Positions 28,700 through 41,580 of a stretch of 64,000 nucleotides of DNA are shown one piece after another. The stretch is taken from the NCBI GenBank assembly GCA_963761305.1, contig CAVXGK010000001.1, positions 576,001-640,000 of the forward strand. The letters are read 5' to 3'. Position 1 is the first letter of the stretch, and the number at the start of each line of letters is the position of its first letter. The stretch is from an uncultured Gemmatimonadaceae bacterium. Lineage in GTDB: Bacteria > Gemmatimonadota > Gemmatimonadetes > Gemmatimonadales > Gemmatimonadaceae. The translations under genes were made by a program, and so were the position numbers. The notes beneath the pieces are model-generated. The model was not told the DNA's origin. It saw only the letters and a program-made list of their open reading frames with translations, and made no database searches.

Positions 28700-30382
28700 C
28701 TAGAAAAGCCCGACGATCTCCCCGCTGGGGAGGCGAGCCATTCGCTCGGCGGCCGGCTCTTTCGGCAGGCCGGGCATTGTCATGATGTCGCCGCACTGAG
28801 CTACCACGAAGCCGGCTCCAGCGGACGGGCGCACCTCGTTCACCGTGATCCTGAACCCCCGGGGGCGACCCAGCTTCGTCGCGTCATCGGTGAGCGAGTA
28901 CTGCGTCTTGGCCATACACACCGGCGTGTTGCCCATGCCGATCGACTCCAAGTACGTGATCGCGCGATCCGCTTCGGGCGAGTAGTCGGCCCCGTCGCCT
29001 CCGTAGATCCGCCGAACGATCGTGTCGATCTTCTCCTTGATCGGCCGGTCCGTGGCGTAGAGCGGGCGATACTCCGCGCCCTTTTTGTCGAGCAACGTCA
29101 TCAGCTCGGTACCCAGCGCTTCGCCGCCTGCACCGCCCTTCTCCCACACTTCCGTCAGCGCCAGCGGCACGCCGAGCGATTTCGCGAAGTCGGCCACGAG
29201 CGCCAACTCCGCGTCACTGTCGGCTGAACGGCGGTTGAGCGCGACGACGCCCGGCACGCCGAAGTGCCGAACGTTCTCGACGTGCTTTTCGAGATTTGGC
29301 AAGCCGCGCTCGAGCGCACGCAGATCCTCGACACCCAGATTCTTCTTGTCGGCGCCGCCGTGCATCTTGAGCGACCGCACCGTCGCGACGATGACCGCCG
29401 CTTCGGGATTCAGGCCGCCCATGCGACACTTGATGTCGAAGAACTTCTCGGCGCCGAGGTCCGACCCGAATCCCGCCTCGGTGACGACGAGATCGGCGAG
29501 CGCGAGCGCCGAGCGCGTGGCGAGAATGCTGTTGCAGCCGTGGGCGATGTTGCCGAACGGACCCGCGTGCACGAAGGCAGGACCGCCCTCGAGCGTTTGC
29601 ACCAGGTTCGGTCGGATCGCGTCCTTGAGCAGCAGCGCCATTGCGCCGGCCGCGCGCAGCTCGCCGGCGGTGACCGGACGCTTCGACGCGCCGTAGGTCG
29701 CGCCGAGAATGATGCGAGCGAGCCGCTCTTCGAGATCCTGCACGCTCGTCGCCAGCGCGACGATGGCCATGATCTCGCTCGCCGGCACGATGATGAAATG
29801 CTCTTCACGCGGCACACCGTCGCCGACGCCGCCGAGGCCGACGATGACGTTGCGCAGCGCGCGGTCGTTCATGTCGATCGTGCGCGGCCAGGTAATGCGG
29901 CGCGGATCGATGCCGAGCGCGTTCCCCTGCTGCAGATGGTTGTCGAGCATCGCCGCGAGCAACGCGTGGGCGCTCGAGATCGCGTGGAAGTCGCCGGTGA
30001 AGTGCAGGTTGATGTCGTCCATCGGCACGACCTGCGCGAAGCCGCCGCCGGCGGCGCCGCCCTTCACGCCGAACACGGGTCCGAGGCTCGGCTCGCGAAT
30101 GCAGAGCGCGACCTTTTGCCCCATGCGTCGCAGCGCCTGCGCCAGTCCCACCGACACGGTGCTCTTCCCTTCGCCGGCGGGCGTGGGGTTCGTCGCCGTG
30201 ACGACGACCAGTCGGCCGCGAATCGGCCGCTGGGCGATGTCGAGCGGAATTTTCGCGATGTATTTGCCGTGGAGATCCAGCTCGTTGCGCTCGAGTCCGA
30301 GCTCCGCGGCGACGTCCTCGATGGGACGCATCTTGACGCGTTGGGCGATTTCGATATCCGACGGGACGACAGTCGTGCTCAC
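28700..30382 (-). CDS. fhs: Formate--tetrahydrofolate ligase
   Basis: SDIEIA, PTPAGEGKST, REPSLGP.FG.KGGAAGGG, HAGPFGNIAHG, IMTMPGLP. Confidence 0.97.
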   Translation of the reverse strand: MSTTVVPSDIEIAQRVKMRPIEDVAAELGLERNELDLHGKYIAKIPLDIAQRPIRGRLVVVTATNPTPAGEGKSTVSVGLAQALRRMGQKVALCIREPSLGPVFGVKGGAAGGGFAQVVPMDDINLHFTGDFHAISSAHALLAAMLDNHLQQGNALGIDPRRITWPRTIDMNDRALRNVIVGLGGVGDGVPREEHFIIVPASEIMAIVALATSVQDLEERLARIILGATYGASKRPVTAGELRAAGAMALLLKDAIRPNLVQTLEGGPAFVHAGPFGNIAHGCNSILATRSALALADLVVTEAGFGSDLGAEKFFDIKCRMGGLNPEAAVIVATVRSLKMHGGADKKNLGVEDLRALERGLPNLEKHVENVRHFGVPGVVALNRRSADSDAELALVADFAKSLGVPLALTEVWEKGGAGGEALGTELMTLLDKKGAEYRPLYATDRPIKEKIDTIVRRIYGGDGADYSPEADRAITYLESIGMGNTPVCMAKTQYSLTDDATKLGRPRGFRITVNEVRPSAGAGFVVAQCGDIMTMPGLPKEPAAERMARLPSGEIVGLF

Positions 30383-30386
30383 GGCG

Positions 30387-31235
30387 TTAGACCTCGAGTG
30401 ACAGCGGGTGGATGCGTTCAGGATGAGTGTAGACGTTCGCCGACTCGCCGCGCAGCAGACCGACCAGCGTCACGCCCGCGGCGTCGGCAAATCGAATCGC
30501 CAAACCGGTCGGCCGCGAGATGGCGGCGACGAGCTCCACGCCGCTCGCGGCCGCCTTCTGCACCATTTCGTAGCTCGCGCGGCTGGTGACGACGATGAAT
30601 CCGCTGGCGGCCGAAATCCCTCCGCGGCCGAGCGCGCCGAGCACTTTGTCGAGCGCGTTGTGGCGCCCGACGTCCTCGCGCGCGACCTGGAGCTCGCCGG
30701 CCGCCGTGGACCAGCCGGCGCCATGCACCGTGCTCGTGGCGTTGTTCACGGACTGCAGCCGTGATAGGTCCGCGCTCGCTGCCCAGAGCGCGGACCTGTC
30801 GACGCGCAGCGAGCGCCCGACTTCCGGCGGCATGCGCAGCGCGTCGCCGATCGTTCCGACGCCGCACAATCCGCAGCCCGTTCGCGACACGAGGCCGCGC
30901 ACGCGCCCGCCGAGGCGGTCGGCGTCGTCCGAAGAGATCCGGATCTGTAACTCGATGCCGTGGTTCACGCGCACCGCGTCGACGTGTTCGATGCGCGACG
31001 CGTCGGCGACGATGCCCTCGGTGATGCTGAATCCGACGGCGAGATCGTCGAGGTCGCTCGGCGTTCCCATCACGACCACGTACGACCGGCCGTTGTACAC
31101 GAACGCGATCGGCACTTCCTCGGCGACTTCGGCCGATGATTCCGACGACGAGTCGCCCGTCAGGCGGACGAAGGACCGTGCCGCCGACGCGCGCGCGTAG
31201 CCGAGCCCGGTGAGCGGATGGTCAGTGACGGCCAT
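30387..31235 (-). CDS. fdhD: Formate dehydrogenase sulfurtransferase FdhD
   Basis: EEVP, TGCGLCG, REDVGRHNALDK, TSRASYEMVQK. Confidence 0.93.
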   Translation of the reverse strand: MAVTDHPLTGLGYARASAARSFVRLTGDSSSESSAEVAEEVPIAFVYNGRSYVVVMGTPSDLDDLAVGFSITEGIVADASRIEHVDAVRVNHGIELQIRISSDDADRLGGRVRGLVSRTGCGLCGVGTIGDALRMPPEVGRSLRVDRSALWAASADLSRLQSVNNATSTVHGAGWSTAAGELQVAREDVGRHNALDKVLGALGRGGISAASGFIVVTSRASYEMVQKAAASGVELVAAISRPTGLAIRFADAAGVTLVGLLRGESANVYTHPERIHPLSLEV

Positions 31236-32234
31236 TGCCTTCTCGCGCGGCGCCGTCGCGCGGCTGCACGAAGCGCCACCCGAACCGACCCTTGATGCAG
31301 AGATTGCCCTGCGTGATCGAATTCTCGAGCGGCGACGTCGCCTTGATGATCTCGCCGTCGTCGACGTGCAGGCGCAGCGTGCACCCGACGCCACAGTACG
31401 GACAGATGGTGTCCGTCGTCGTCATTCGTGACTCGTTCCACGTGCCGACGGCGCGGCGATCGTATTCGCTCTTCGCCATCAACGCACCCGTCGGGCAGAC
31501 CGCGATGCAGTTGCCGCAGTACACGCACGCCGACTCGGGCAGCGGAACCGCGAACTCCGTCGAGATGTGGGCGTCGAATCCTCGCCCGGCGACGGCGATC
31601 GCGAACGTGTTCTGATGGTCCGGCCCGCACGCTTCCACGCACTTGTAACAGAGAATGCACTTCGCGTAGTCGCGCACGTAGAGATCGTTGTCGACCTTCG
31701 TCGGCTCGGCCACCGTCGCGGCGAACGCAGGATCGGGCGGCGTGTGGTGTCCCGGGATCGATGCGTCGCGCGTTCCGGCGGGCGCCGGTGGCGCCTTCGG
31801 TCCGAAGCGCTCGGGCTTCGCGTCGTAGTCGTCGATCCAGCGCTCCACGTCGGAAGTCGTCGAGAGATCCACCGACGACGCGAGGAGCTCGAGCACGAGC
31901 TTGCGGCTGTGCTTCACGCGCGGCGAGTCGGTATGAACGACCATGCCTTCTTCGGCGGCGCGCGAGCACGAGGGCGCCAGCACGCGCGCGCCCTCGACCT
32001 CGACGACACACACGCGGCACGCGTTCACCGGATGCAGCGTCTCGAGGAAACAGAGCGTGGGCACTTCGATGCCGGCCTGGCGGCACGCCGCGAGGAGCGT
32101 CGCGCCTTCAGGGACCGTCACTTTCTGCCCGTCGACGGTCACCGTGACCGTGCGCATGGACGTGCGACGGCTCTTGTCCGTGGCGATCGTCGGACGCTGG
32201 AGCTGAACGAGCGGCGGAGCGACCTCGACCGGAT

Positions 32235-32238
<4 letters not shown>
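31222..32238 (-). CDS. FDH Fe-S subunit (NuoG-like 2Fe-2S + 2x4Fe-4S + Mo-proximal 4Fe-4S domain)
   Basis: PTLC..CRVC..C; CILCYKC; CVYCGNC..CP; C-terminal CPYCGVGC..LCIKGRFG; GTGA overlap. Confidence 0.88.
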
Positions 32239-34204
<1,966 letters not shown>

Positions 34205-34205
<1 letters not shown>

Positions 34206-36199
34206 CAGTCGTCCCCGGCGGCCGCCAGAGGCTCGGCGCGATGCGAGGAACGCAACGACTTCTTGCGCACCGGCTCGACGCGCACGGCGCACGCCTTGAA
34301 CTCGGCGGTGCCGGACTTCGGATCGGTGGAGTTGATCGTGAGCAGGTTCGTCATGACGTCGTCGGGGAAGTGCAACGTCATGAAAACTACGCCGGCGCGC
34401 AGACCTCGATCGATGAAGACCGGGACCTCGAGCGTGCCGCGGCGCGACGTCACACGCACCGTGTCGCCCGCTTCGACACCGAGACTCTCGGCGTCTTCGG
34501 GCGACAGGTCGAGCGATTCACCGCGGTGCAACGGCGACGAATAGCCGCCCGTCTGCACGCCGGTGTTGTACGACTCGAGACGGCGGCCCGTGGACAGGAT
34601 GAACGGATACTCGTCGTCGGGCTGCTCGACCGGGCCGTCGTGATGTACGACCGAGAACGGCGCGAGCCGCCCCCGCTTTGCTGGATCGTCGTCCCAGAGG
34701 CGCGAGTGCAAGAACTTGGTGCCGGGGTGATTCTCGTCGGGGCACGGCCACTGAAGTCCGCCGAGCTCCTCGAGTCGCTTGTACGTCATGCCGGCGAGCT
34801 GCGGCGAGAGGGCGCGGACTTCGTTCCACACGTCTTCCGCCGTCGGCGATCCCCACTCGTAGCCGAGCCGTTTGGCCAGCTGCGACATGATCCAGATCTC
34901 GTCGCGCGCGTTGCCCGGCGGTTCGACCGCTTTGCGGCAACGCTGAACACGGCGCTCGCTGTTGGTGACTGTTCCCTCGCCCTCGGCCCACGTCGCGCTC
35001 GCCGGGAACACCACGTCGGCGAGCTGCGCGGTTCTCGTGAGGAAGATCTCCTGCACGACGAGATGGTCGAGATTCTCGAGCAGGTGCGTCACGTGCGAGG
35101 CGTCGGCGTCGGACTGCGCTGGATTCTCGCCGATGACGTAGAGCGCGGAGAGCTCCTTCGTCTCCATCGCGTGGATCATCTCGGTGAGGTTCCAGCCGTC
35201 CTTGGGGATGATGTCGCGGCCCCACGCGCGCTCGAACTTCGTGCGATGCGCCTCGGTGGTGACGTCCTGGAAGCCCGGGAGCTTGTTCGGCAGCGCACCC
35301 ATGTCTCCGCCGCCCTGAACGTTGTTCTGTCCACGGAGCGGGTTGCAGCCGCAGCCGTAGCGTCCGACGTGGCCGGTGAGCAGCGAGAGGTTGATCAACG
35401 AGAGGACGTTGTCGACGGCGTTGTGATGCTCGGTGATGCCGAGCGTCCAGCAGACCATCGCGCGGTCGGCCGTGGCGTAGGCGCGCGCGGCGTCCTGGAT
35501 GACGTCGGCCGGAATGCCGGTGACGCGCTCGCCGAACGAGAGCGTGTACGGTTCGACCGCCTCCTTGTACGCCTGGTAGTTCGTCGTGCCGCGTTTGATG
35601 AACTCGCTGTGCGCGAGGCCGGCGTGGATGATCTCGCGCGCCATCGTGTTGGCGAGCGCCACGTCGCTGCCGACGTTGAGGCCGAGCCACGTGTCGGCCC
35701 ATTGGGCTGAGGTCGTCCGCCGTGGATCGACGACGCACAGACGGGCGCCGTTCTGGATTCCTTTCAATAAATGGTGGAACCAGATCGGGTGTGCTTCACG
35801 GGCGTTCGATCCCCAGAGGAAGGCGAAATCACAATGTTCCGCTTCCTCGTACGAGCTAGTCGAGCCGCCCGCCCCCAGGATGGTCGTCAGACCGACGACC
35901 GAGGGAGCGTGTCAGGTCCGATTACAGCTGTCGACGTTGTTGTTCCCGAACACCTGCCGCGCGAATTTCGACGCGAGGAAGTTCACCTCGTTGGTCGACT
36001 TCGAGCAGCTGAAGATGCCGGTTGCCATACGCCCGTTCTTCGACAGGTTCCGCCGGAATCCCTCGGCGGCTCGTTCGAGGGCTTCGTCCCACGACACGAT
36101 GCGCAAATCGTCGCCGTCACGGACGAGAGGCTGGGTCAATCGGGCGTAGTCGCCGGCACGTGTCCGAGCTTCGAAACGCGAGGTCTTCGTCAAGCCCAT
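34205..36199 (-). CDS. fdhF: Selenocysteine-containing formate dehydrogenase catalytic subunit (~664 aa; UGA=Sec at 35912-35914)
   Basis: Two track ORFs join in frame: DSCNRT-U-HAPSV; LRGQNNVQG, GTVTNSERRVQ, PKSGTAEFKACAV; SECIS present; start uncertain (AAGGAG abuts the ATG). Confidence 0.92.
35882..35900 (-). promoter_or_regulatory. Bacterial SECIS element
   Basis: GGUCGUC-GGUCU-GACGACC hairpin starting 11 nt after the UGA, as in E. coli fdhF. Confidence 0.88.
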
Positions 36200-36319
36200 C
36201 TCCTTGGTGGAGCAACCGTTAGTGGAGATTGCCCCGGAGCGCATGGGACTGCAAGTGGCGTCTCGACCGAGGGGTCGGAACGGGGCATACTTCAAGGATA
36301 ATGTGTTCGCGGTACGACC

Positions 36320-38110
36320 TTGATTCGCGCGGAGTTACGTGTGTCCCGACCAGTCCTTTTCGTTCTCGCTGCATTGACTGCAACTATTTCTTGCGGTCAC
36401 GGGTCATCGTCGCCAACGACGACCCCCACCCCGAACCCGACCGCCGGCGCCAATCGCCCGCCGGGCGTCGTGTGGCCCGACGAGGGCTTCGCGACGTGGG
36501 CCCCTCGGCCGACGACTCCCGACATCACGGCGAACGACCTGCGCACGCGTCTGTATCAGATCTCAGACGATTCCATGCAAGGCCGTCGCATCGGCGAGCT
36601 CGGAAACTTCAAGACGACGGCGTACATCGCGTCCGAGTTCAAACGGCTCGGCCTCAAGCCGGCAGGCGAGAACGGCGGCTACTTCCAGGATCTTCCGTAC
36701 GGCGCGATGAGGGTGGACAGCACCGTCGCGCGGTTGATCGCGGCCGGCGGGCCTGCTGTCGCGGGAACAGAGTGGATTCCCGCGCCCGCGGCTGCGGCGA
36801 GCCGAATCGTCGGTGACGCGAACGTGACCGACGCCGGCTCGGTGTTCGCGGGACGGTGGGGTGACACGACGACCGCGCTCGACGCGAATGCGATTCGCGG
36901 AAAGGTGGCCGTGTTCACCTACACGCCGCCCGGCGGACGTGGCGGCGCCGGCGGAGGCCGCGGCGGATTCGGTACCGTGCGAGATCCTCGCGCGGCAAGC
37001 GCCGGCGCCGCGCTCATCCTCGTGACCGGACCCGACTCGGCGCGCGGAATCGGCGCGTCCGCATTTGCGAGTCGCCCCGGGATGCGGCCCGTCGCTTCGG
37101 TCACAGGCGCCCCGGCGGCGGCGATCAGCGGTTCACTCGCCACGAAGATCTTCGGTCAGCCGGTGGCGCAGCTCAGCGTGGGCGCCACGGGCGCGCCGAT
37201 CAGCGCGAACTGGACCGACACATTCACGCCGTCCAAGTACACGGCGCGAAACGTTATTGCGATCCTCCCCGGCTCGGATCCAGCACGCGCGGGAGAATAC
37301 GTCCTCCTGAGCGCGCACAACGATCACGTCGGCATGCTGCCCCGCCCCGTCGACCATGATTCGGTCCGCGCGTTCAATCGCGTCATGCGGCCGCAGGGCG
37401 CGAACGACCGTCCCGGGCCGCCGACCGCCGCGCAGCAGAAGCAGATCGACTCGCTGATCGCCTACGCGCGCTCGATCCGGCCGCCGCGCCCCGACTCGGT
37501 GAACAACGGAGCCGACGATGACGGATCAGGCACCGTCGTCTTGCTGGAGGTCGCCGAGAAGTTCGCGACGGAACATCCCGCGCGGTCGATCATCTTCGTC
37601 TCGCACACCGGCGAGGAAGCCGGCCTGCTCGGCTCGCGCTGGTTCGTCGAGCACCCGACGATTCCGCTCGATTCGATCGACGCCGCGCTCAACATGGACA
37701 TGGTCGGCAAGGGTCGCGCGAGCGACGTGAAGTTTGGCGGTCCGTCGTCGGTCCAGACGCTCGGTTCGCGCCGGCTGTCGAAACAATTCGGCGACGTCAT
37801 CGACTCGGTGAACGCCACGCTGCCGGACACGATGACGATCGACCACAGTTGGGACGTGCCCAGCAATCCGATGAATCGCTTCTGCCGCAGCGATCAGGTG
37901 AACTACGTGCACTCCAACGTGCCGGTGACGTATTTCTCGACCGGCTACTCGATCGACTATCACGAACCGACCGACGAAGCGCGCTACATCGACTTCGACC
38001 ACATGACGCGGCTCGCGCGATTCATGCACGCCGTGATGGCGGGGATCGCCGATCGGAAGGATCGGCTGGCGATCTCGGGGCCGGATCCGTCGTATCCGAC
38101 TTGCCGGTGA
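36320..38110 (+). CDS. M28 family peptidase (lipoprotein)
   Basis: SAHNDH, NGADDDGSG, GEEAGLLGS, NMDMVG, RSDQ, DYHEPTD. Confidence 0.9.
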   Translation: MIRAELRVSRPVLFVLAALTATISCGHGSSSPTTTPTPNPTAGANRPPGVVWPDEGFATWAPRPTTPDITANDLRTRLYQISDDSMQGRRIGELGNFKTTAYIASEFKRLGLKPAGENGGYFQDLPYGAMRVDSTVARLIAAGGPAVAGTEWIPAPAAAASRIVGDANVTDAGSVFAGRWGDTTTALDANAIRGKVAVFTYTPPGGRGGAGGGRGGFGTVRDPRAASAGAALILVTGPDSARGIGASAFASRPGMRPVASVTGAPAAAISGSLATKIFGQPVAQLSVGATGAPISANWTDTFTPSKYTARNVIAILPGSDPARAGEYVLLSAHNDHVGMLPRPVDHDSVRAFNRVMRPQGANDRPGPPTAAQQKQIDSLIAYARSIRPPRPDSVNNGADDDGSGTVVLLEVAEKFATEHPARSIIFVSHTGEEAGLLGSRWFVEHPTIPLDSIDAALNMDMVGKGRASDVKFGGPSSVQTLGSRRLSKQFGDVIDSVNATLPDTMTIDHSWDVPSNPMNRFCRSDQVNYVHSNVPVTYFSTGYSIDYHEPTDEARYIDFDHMTRLARFMHAVMAGIADRKDRLAISGPDPSYPTCR

Positions 38111-38206
38111 GGGAGCGAACGGCAGTTCCTAGCCGAGAGTGATCGGTAGAAGTTGCGAGTTATCTCACGATTGCGACTGGTCACTCCCGGCTCAACTGTC
38201 GTTCCA

Positions 38207-39463
38207 TCAAAGAATCGGAATCCCCAACCCGTACGTCGCGTTCAACGCCTGCGCCGCGGCTCGGGCGAGTATCGCTTGACCCGCGACGCTCGGGTGCAAG
38301 CCGTCGAGCGAGAAGTACGGGCCGAACGGCGCCGCGGACGTCAGCAGCTTCACCACGCTGAACGGTGCCTTGGCGTTCTTCGTGTCGTAGAGCGCACCGA
38401 GCGGGAAATATGCGAACCCGCGCGCGGTCGCCTGCATCTGGATGTGCGCGTTCATCATCTTCACCTGCCCGTCGATGAAGCCGGCGTCCGCGGGCGTCAG
38501 GATGAAATCCTGTTGTCCAGGGGCGTCGGTGCAGCTCAGTGTGGCTGGTCCGAGCCCGTGCTGCGCTTGCGCCAAGCCGGTGGCGACCGTCAACGGCACC
38601 TTCAACGACACGAAGATCAAGTTCTGGTTGCTTTGGCAGTCGGGCGAGACCTGGACATTGAACAAGGCGAACTCGAGACGGTCTTGCCACAGATCATCGC
38701 CGAGGCGAAACGCTTGAACGTCGGCCAGGTGGTCGATGAGTCCGACGAGGACGCCCCGGCTCGTTGTTGGCACCGCGTTGATCACCTGGTCGTAGACGTG
38801 CTCCCACGCGGCCTCGGGAAAGACCAGGGCCGTGGTGCCGCTCGTGGCGCCAAGCACCTCGTTGGACCCGAGTTCCACCGAAACAAGCGTCGGGTTGCGC
38901 GCGATCATCGTCGAGACCTGCGTCATGCCCGGCTGCAGCACGCGGCTGTAGATCTTCGCGTTCGCATTGCCGGGGGAACTCGGCGTCGTGCCGAGAGCGT
39001 CGGTCGTGAGGGCGCCGTTGAGCGAGACGTTGTCGAACGGAGGCGCCAGGCCGAACAACAGCGGCGAGCAGTTCAGGGAGGACGCGTCGAGCACCGCCGC
39101 CGGTTCACCGCTGAGGCGAACGTCGAGCAAGAGCGGGGCAATGATCGGCGCCGGGCAACCCGTGCCGGCGATCAACGGCTGCTTGAGCAATGATACGGCC
39201 ATGCCGGAGAGTTGGGCCGGCCACGACGCTACCTGGGTCGCGGCGATCAGACCGTCGCTCTGAACCCCCGCGCTGATGCTCGTGCCGATCGCGACGTAGC
39301 GCTGAAACGCCGCATGCGCGGTGAAGATGTTCTCTTGCGGAGCCGAAGGCGCGGCCTGCGATGTCGACGGCGCGACGATTTGATCGGACGTGCACGCCGA
39401 CGTGCCGACGGCCAGCATCGAGGCGAGTGCGAGCGCTGAACGACCCAACGTGGTGCCTGGCAT
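38207..39463 (-). CDS. SGNH/GDSL-type hydrolase lipoprotein
   Basis: Lipobox TSAC, IGTSISAG, ELGSNEVL, FSLDGLHP. Confidence 0.78.
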   Translation of the reverse strand: MPGTTLGRSALALASMLAVGTSACTSDQIVAPSTSQAAPSAPQENIFTAHAAFQRYVAIGTSISAGVQSDGLIAATQVASWPAQLSGMAVSLLKQPLIAGTGCPAPIIAPLLLDVRLSGEPAAVLDASSLNCSPLLFGLAPPFDNVSLNGALTTDALGTTPSSPGNANAKIYSRVLQPGMTQVSTMIARNPTLVSVELGSNEVLGATSGTTALVFPEAAWEHVYDQVINAVPTTSRGVLVGLIDHLADVQAFRLGDDLWQDRLEFALFNVQVSPDCQSNQNLIFVSLKVPLTVATGLAQAQHGLGPATLSCTDAPGQQDFILTPADAGFIDGQVKMMNAHIQMQATARGFAYFPLGALYDTKNAKAPFSVVKLLTSAAPFGPYFSLDGLHPSVAGQAILARAAAQALNATYGLGIPIL

Positions 39464-39564
39464 GATCGTCTGCTCCCGAGCGGAGGAGGAGGATCAATGT
39501 CCCACGGTCTCGGCGTGTCGTCCAGAGGACGCGTCTGGTAGTCGTGGACGAGCCGCCGCGACTC

Positions 39565-41520
39565 CTACCTCGCGGCCGCCGGCTCCGGCGTGGAAGCGGG
39601 CTCCGCTTCGTCGAGCGTGTCGTCGTGGCTCATGCGGTCGCGCAATCGAACCGAGCGTCCGACCAAATATGGCACGGCGGTGACGACGACGTTCGGCCGA
39701 AACAGAAACGCCGTGCGTATGAACAACGATGTCTTGTTGTGCAGCAGATGGCCGAGCCAACTGCGCGGCACGATCTCGGGAACGACGAGCGTCACCAGAT
39801 CGCCTTCGCCTCGCTCGAGCAGTCCGTTCACGTAATCCACGAGCGGCCGCAACACGGAACGGTACGGCGACGGCAACACGACCAGCTCGACGCCAATGTC
39901 CCATGCGTCCCAACTGCGCCGCAGCTCGGCCGACGTGTCTGGATCGACCTCGACGTAGATGGCGCGCACGTCTTCCGAGATGGTCGTCGCGTAGACGAGC
40001 GCGCCGGCGGCGGGCTTCGTGATGCCGTTCACCGGCACGAGCACCGTGTGGTGCAGGAACATCAACGGCGCCTGGCCGTTGTAGGCGACGTCGCGCGCGA
40101 AGTGCTCGTAGTGGCGATGGATGCGAACGAGGACGTAGATGATCACCGGAATGATCAGCACGACGATCCACGCGCCCTCGGTGAACTTGGTCGCGACCTG
40201 AATGAGCGACACGATCGCCGTCGCGACCGCGCCGAGCCCGTTGAGCGCCGCGCGCCACTTCCAGCCGGGTGCGCGGCTCCGCACCCAGTGCATCACCATC
40301 CCCGCCTGCGACAGCGTGAAGCACACGAACACGCCGATCGCGTACAGCGGAATCAGTGCGCTCGTCTCACCGCGGAATGCCCAGATCAGCAACGCCGCTA
40401 CGACCGCGAGCGCGATGATGCCATTCGAGAACGCCAATCGATCGCCGCGCGCCGCGAACTGGCGCGGCATGAAGTGGTCCCGCGCGAGAATGCTCGAGAG
40501 GCGCGGGAAGTCGGCGAACGCGGTATTCGCCGCCAGCACGAGGATCGCGAACGTCGCGTACTGGAAGACGTAGTAGACGAGCCCACCGCCGAACACGTGC
40601 CGCGCCACCTGCGACAACACCGTCTCGCTCCCCGACGGCATCACGCCGAAGTGTCGCGCCAGGCTGCTCACGCCCAGGAACAACACCGCCAGGATCGCCG
40701 CCATCCATCCCAGCGTCGTGGCGGCGTTCTTCGCGCTCGGCTGCCTGAACGCGCTGACGCCGTTCGAGATGGCCTCAGTGCCCGTCATCGCCGAACATCC
40801 TTCGGCGAATCCGCGTAGCACGAGAAACGCGAGCGCGAAGCCAGCCGGGCCGGCCATCACCGGCGGGCGAACGGGCGGAGCAGTCGTCGCGACATGCGGC
40901 GAGGTTCCGACGAACGCCATGATGATCCCCGCCGCGATCATGGCGACCATCATCACCACGAACACGTATGTCGGAATGCTGAAGGCGATTCCCGACTCGC
41001 GCACGCCGCGCAGGTTGACGAGCATCAACACCAACACGGCCGCCACTCCGATCAGCACCGTGTGCGGCATCAGGTTCGGGTACGCTGACGTGATCGCGGC
41101 CACGCCGCCCGAGATCGACACCGAGACCGTAAGGATGTAGTCGGTCAGCAGCGCCGCCGCCGCGATCAGCCCCGGCATCGTCCCGAGGTTGTCTTTGGCG
41201 ACGGTGTACGATCCGCCGCCAGCGGGGTACGCGAAGATCGTCTGCCGGTACGACAGCGCGACGAGCACCAGCAGCCCGACGATCACCGCCGAAATCGGCA
41301 CGACGTAGCTCAGCGCCGCCGTGCCGAGCACGGCGAGGACGATGAGCGTTTGCTCCGTGGCGTAAGCGACGGAGGAGATGGCGTCCGAGGAAAGAACGGC
41401 GAGCGCGGTGCGCTTGTTCAGGCGTTCGTGCTCGAGCCGATCCGACGCCAGCGGGCGTCCAAAAAGAACTCGTTTTAGGCGGCCAAGCGGGCTTGGCATG
41501 GGGCGGGCAGGAGGTACCAC
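39565..41520 (-). CDS. APC-superfamily permease, KimA/YdaO-like potassium transporter
   Basis: LSSDAISSVAYATE, GGGSY.VAK.NLG, NLRGVRESG, GTEAISNG, FADFPRL, HLLHNKT. Confidence 0.88.
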   Translation of the reverse strand: MVPPARPMPSPLGRLKRVLFGRPLASDRLEHERLNKRTALAVLSSDAISSVAYATEQTLIVLAVLGTAALSYVVPISAVIVGLLVLVALSYRQTIFAYPAGGGSYTVAKDNLGTMPGLIAAAALLTDYILTVSVSISGGVAAITSAYPNLMPHTVLIGVAAVLVLMLVNLRGVRESGIAFSIPTYVFVVMMVAMIAAGIIMAFVGTSPHVATTAPPVRPPVMAGPAGFALAFLVLRGFAEGCSAMTGTEAISNGVSAFRQPSAKNAATTLGWMAAILAVLFLGVSSLARHFGVMPSGSETVLSQVARHVFGGGLVYYVFQYATFAILVLAANTAFADFPRLSSILARDHFMPRQFAARGDRLAFSNGIIALAVVAALLIWAFRGETSALIPLYAIGVFVCFTLSQAGMVMHWVRSRAPGWKWRAALNGLGAVATAIVSLIQVATKFTEGAWIVVLIIPVIIYVLVRIHRHYEHFARDVAYNGQAPLMFLHHTVLVPVNGITKPAAGALVYATTISEDVRAIYVEVDPDTSAELRRSWDAWDIGVELVVLPSPYRSVLRPLVDYVNGLLERGEGDLVTLVVPEIVPRSWLGHLLHNKTSLFIRTAFLFRPNVVVTAVPYLVGRSVRLRDRMSHDDTLDEAEPASTPEPAAAR

Positions 41521-41580
41521 AGGTCTCCAATGACTACCGACCCGCGCATAAAGAACGCGTGAAGAACCGTCGTGTTTTCG

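Noticed and set aside
35912..36295. Separate 127-aa gene or FDH pseudogene
   Set aside because: Explained by Sec read-through with a SECIS.
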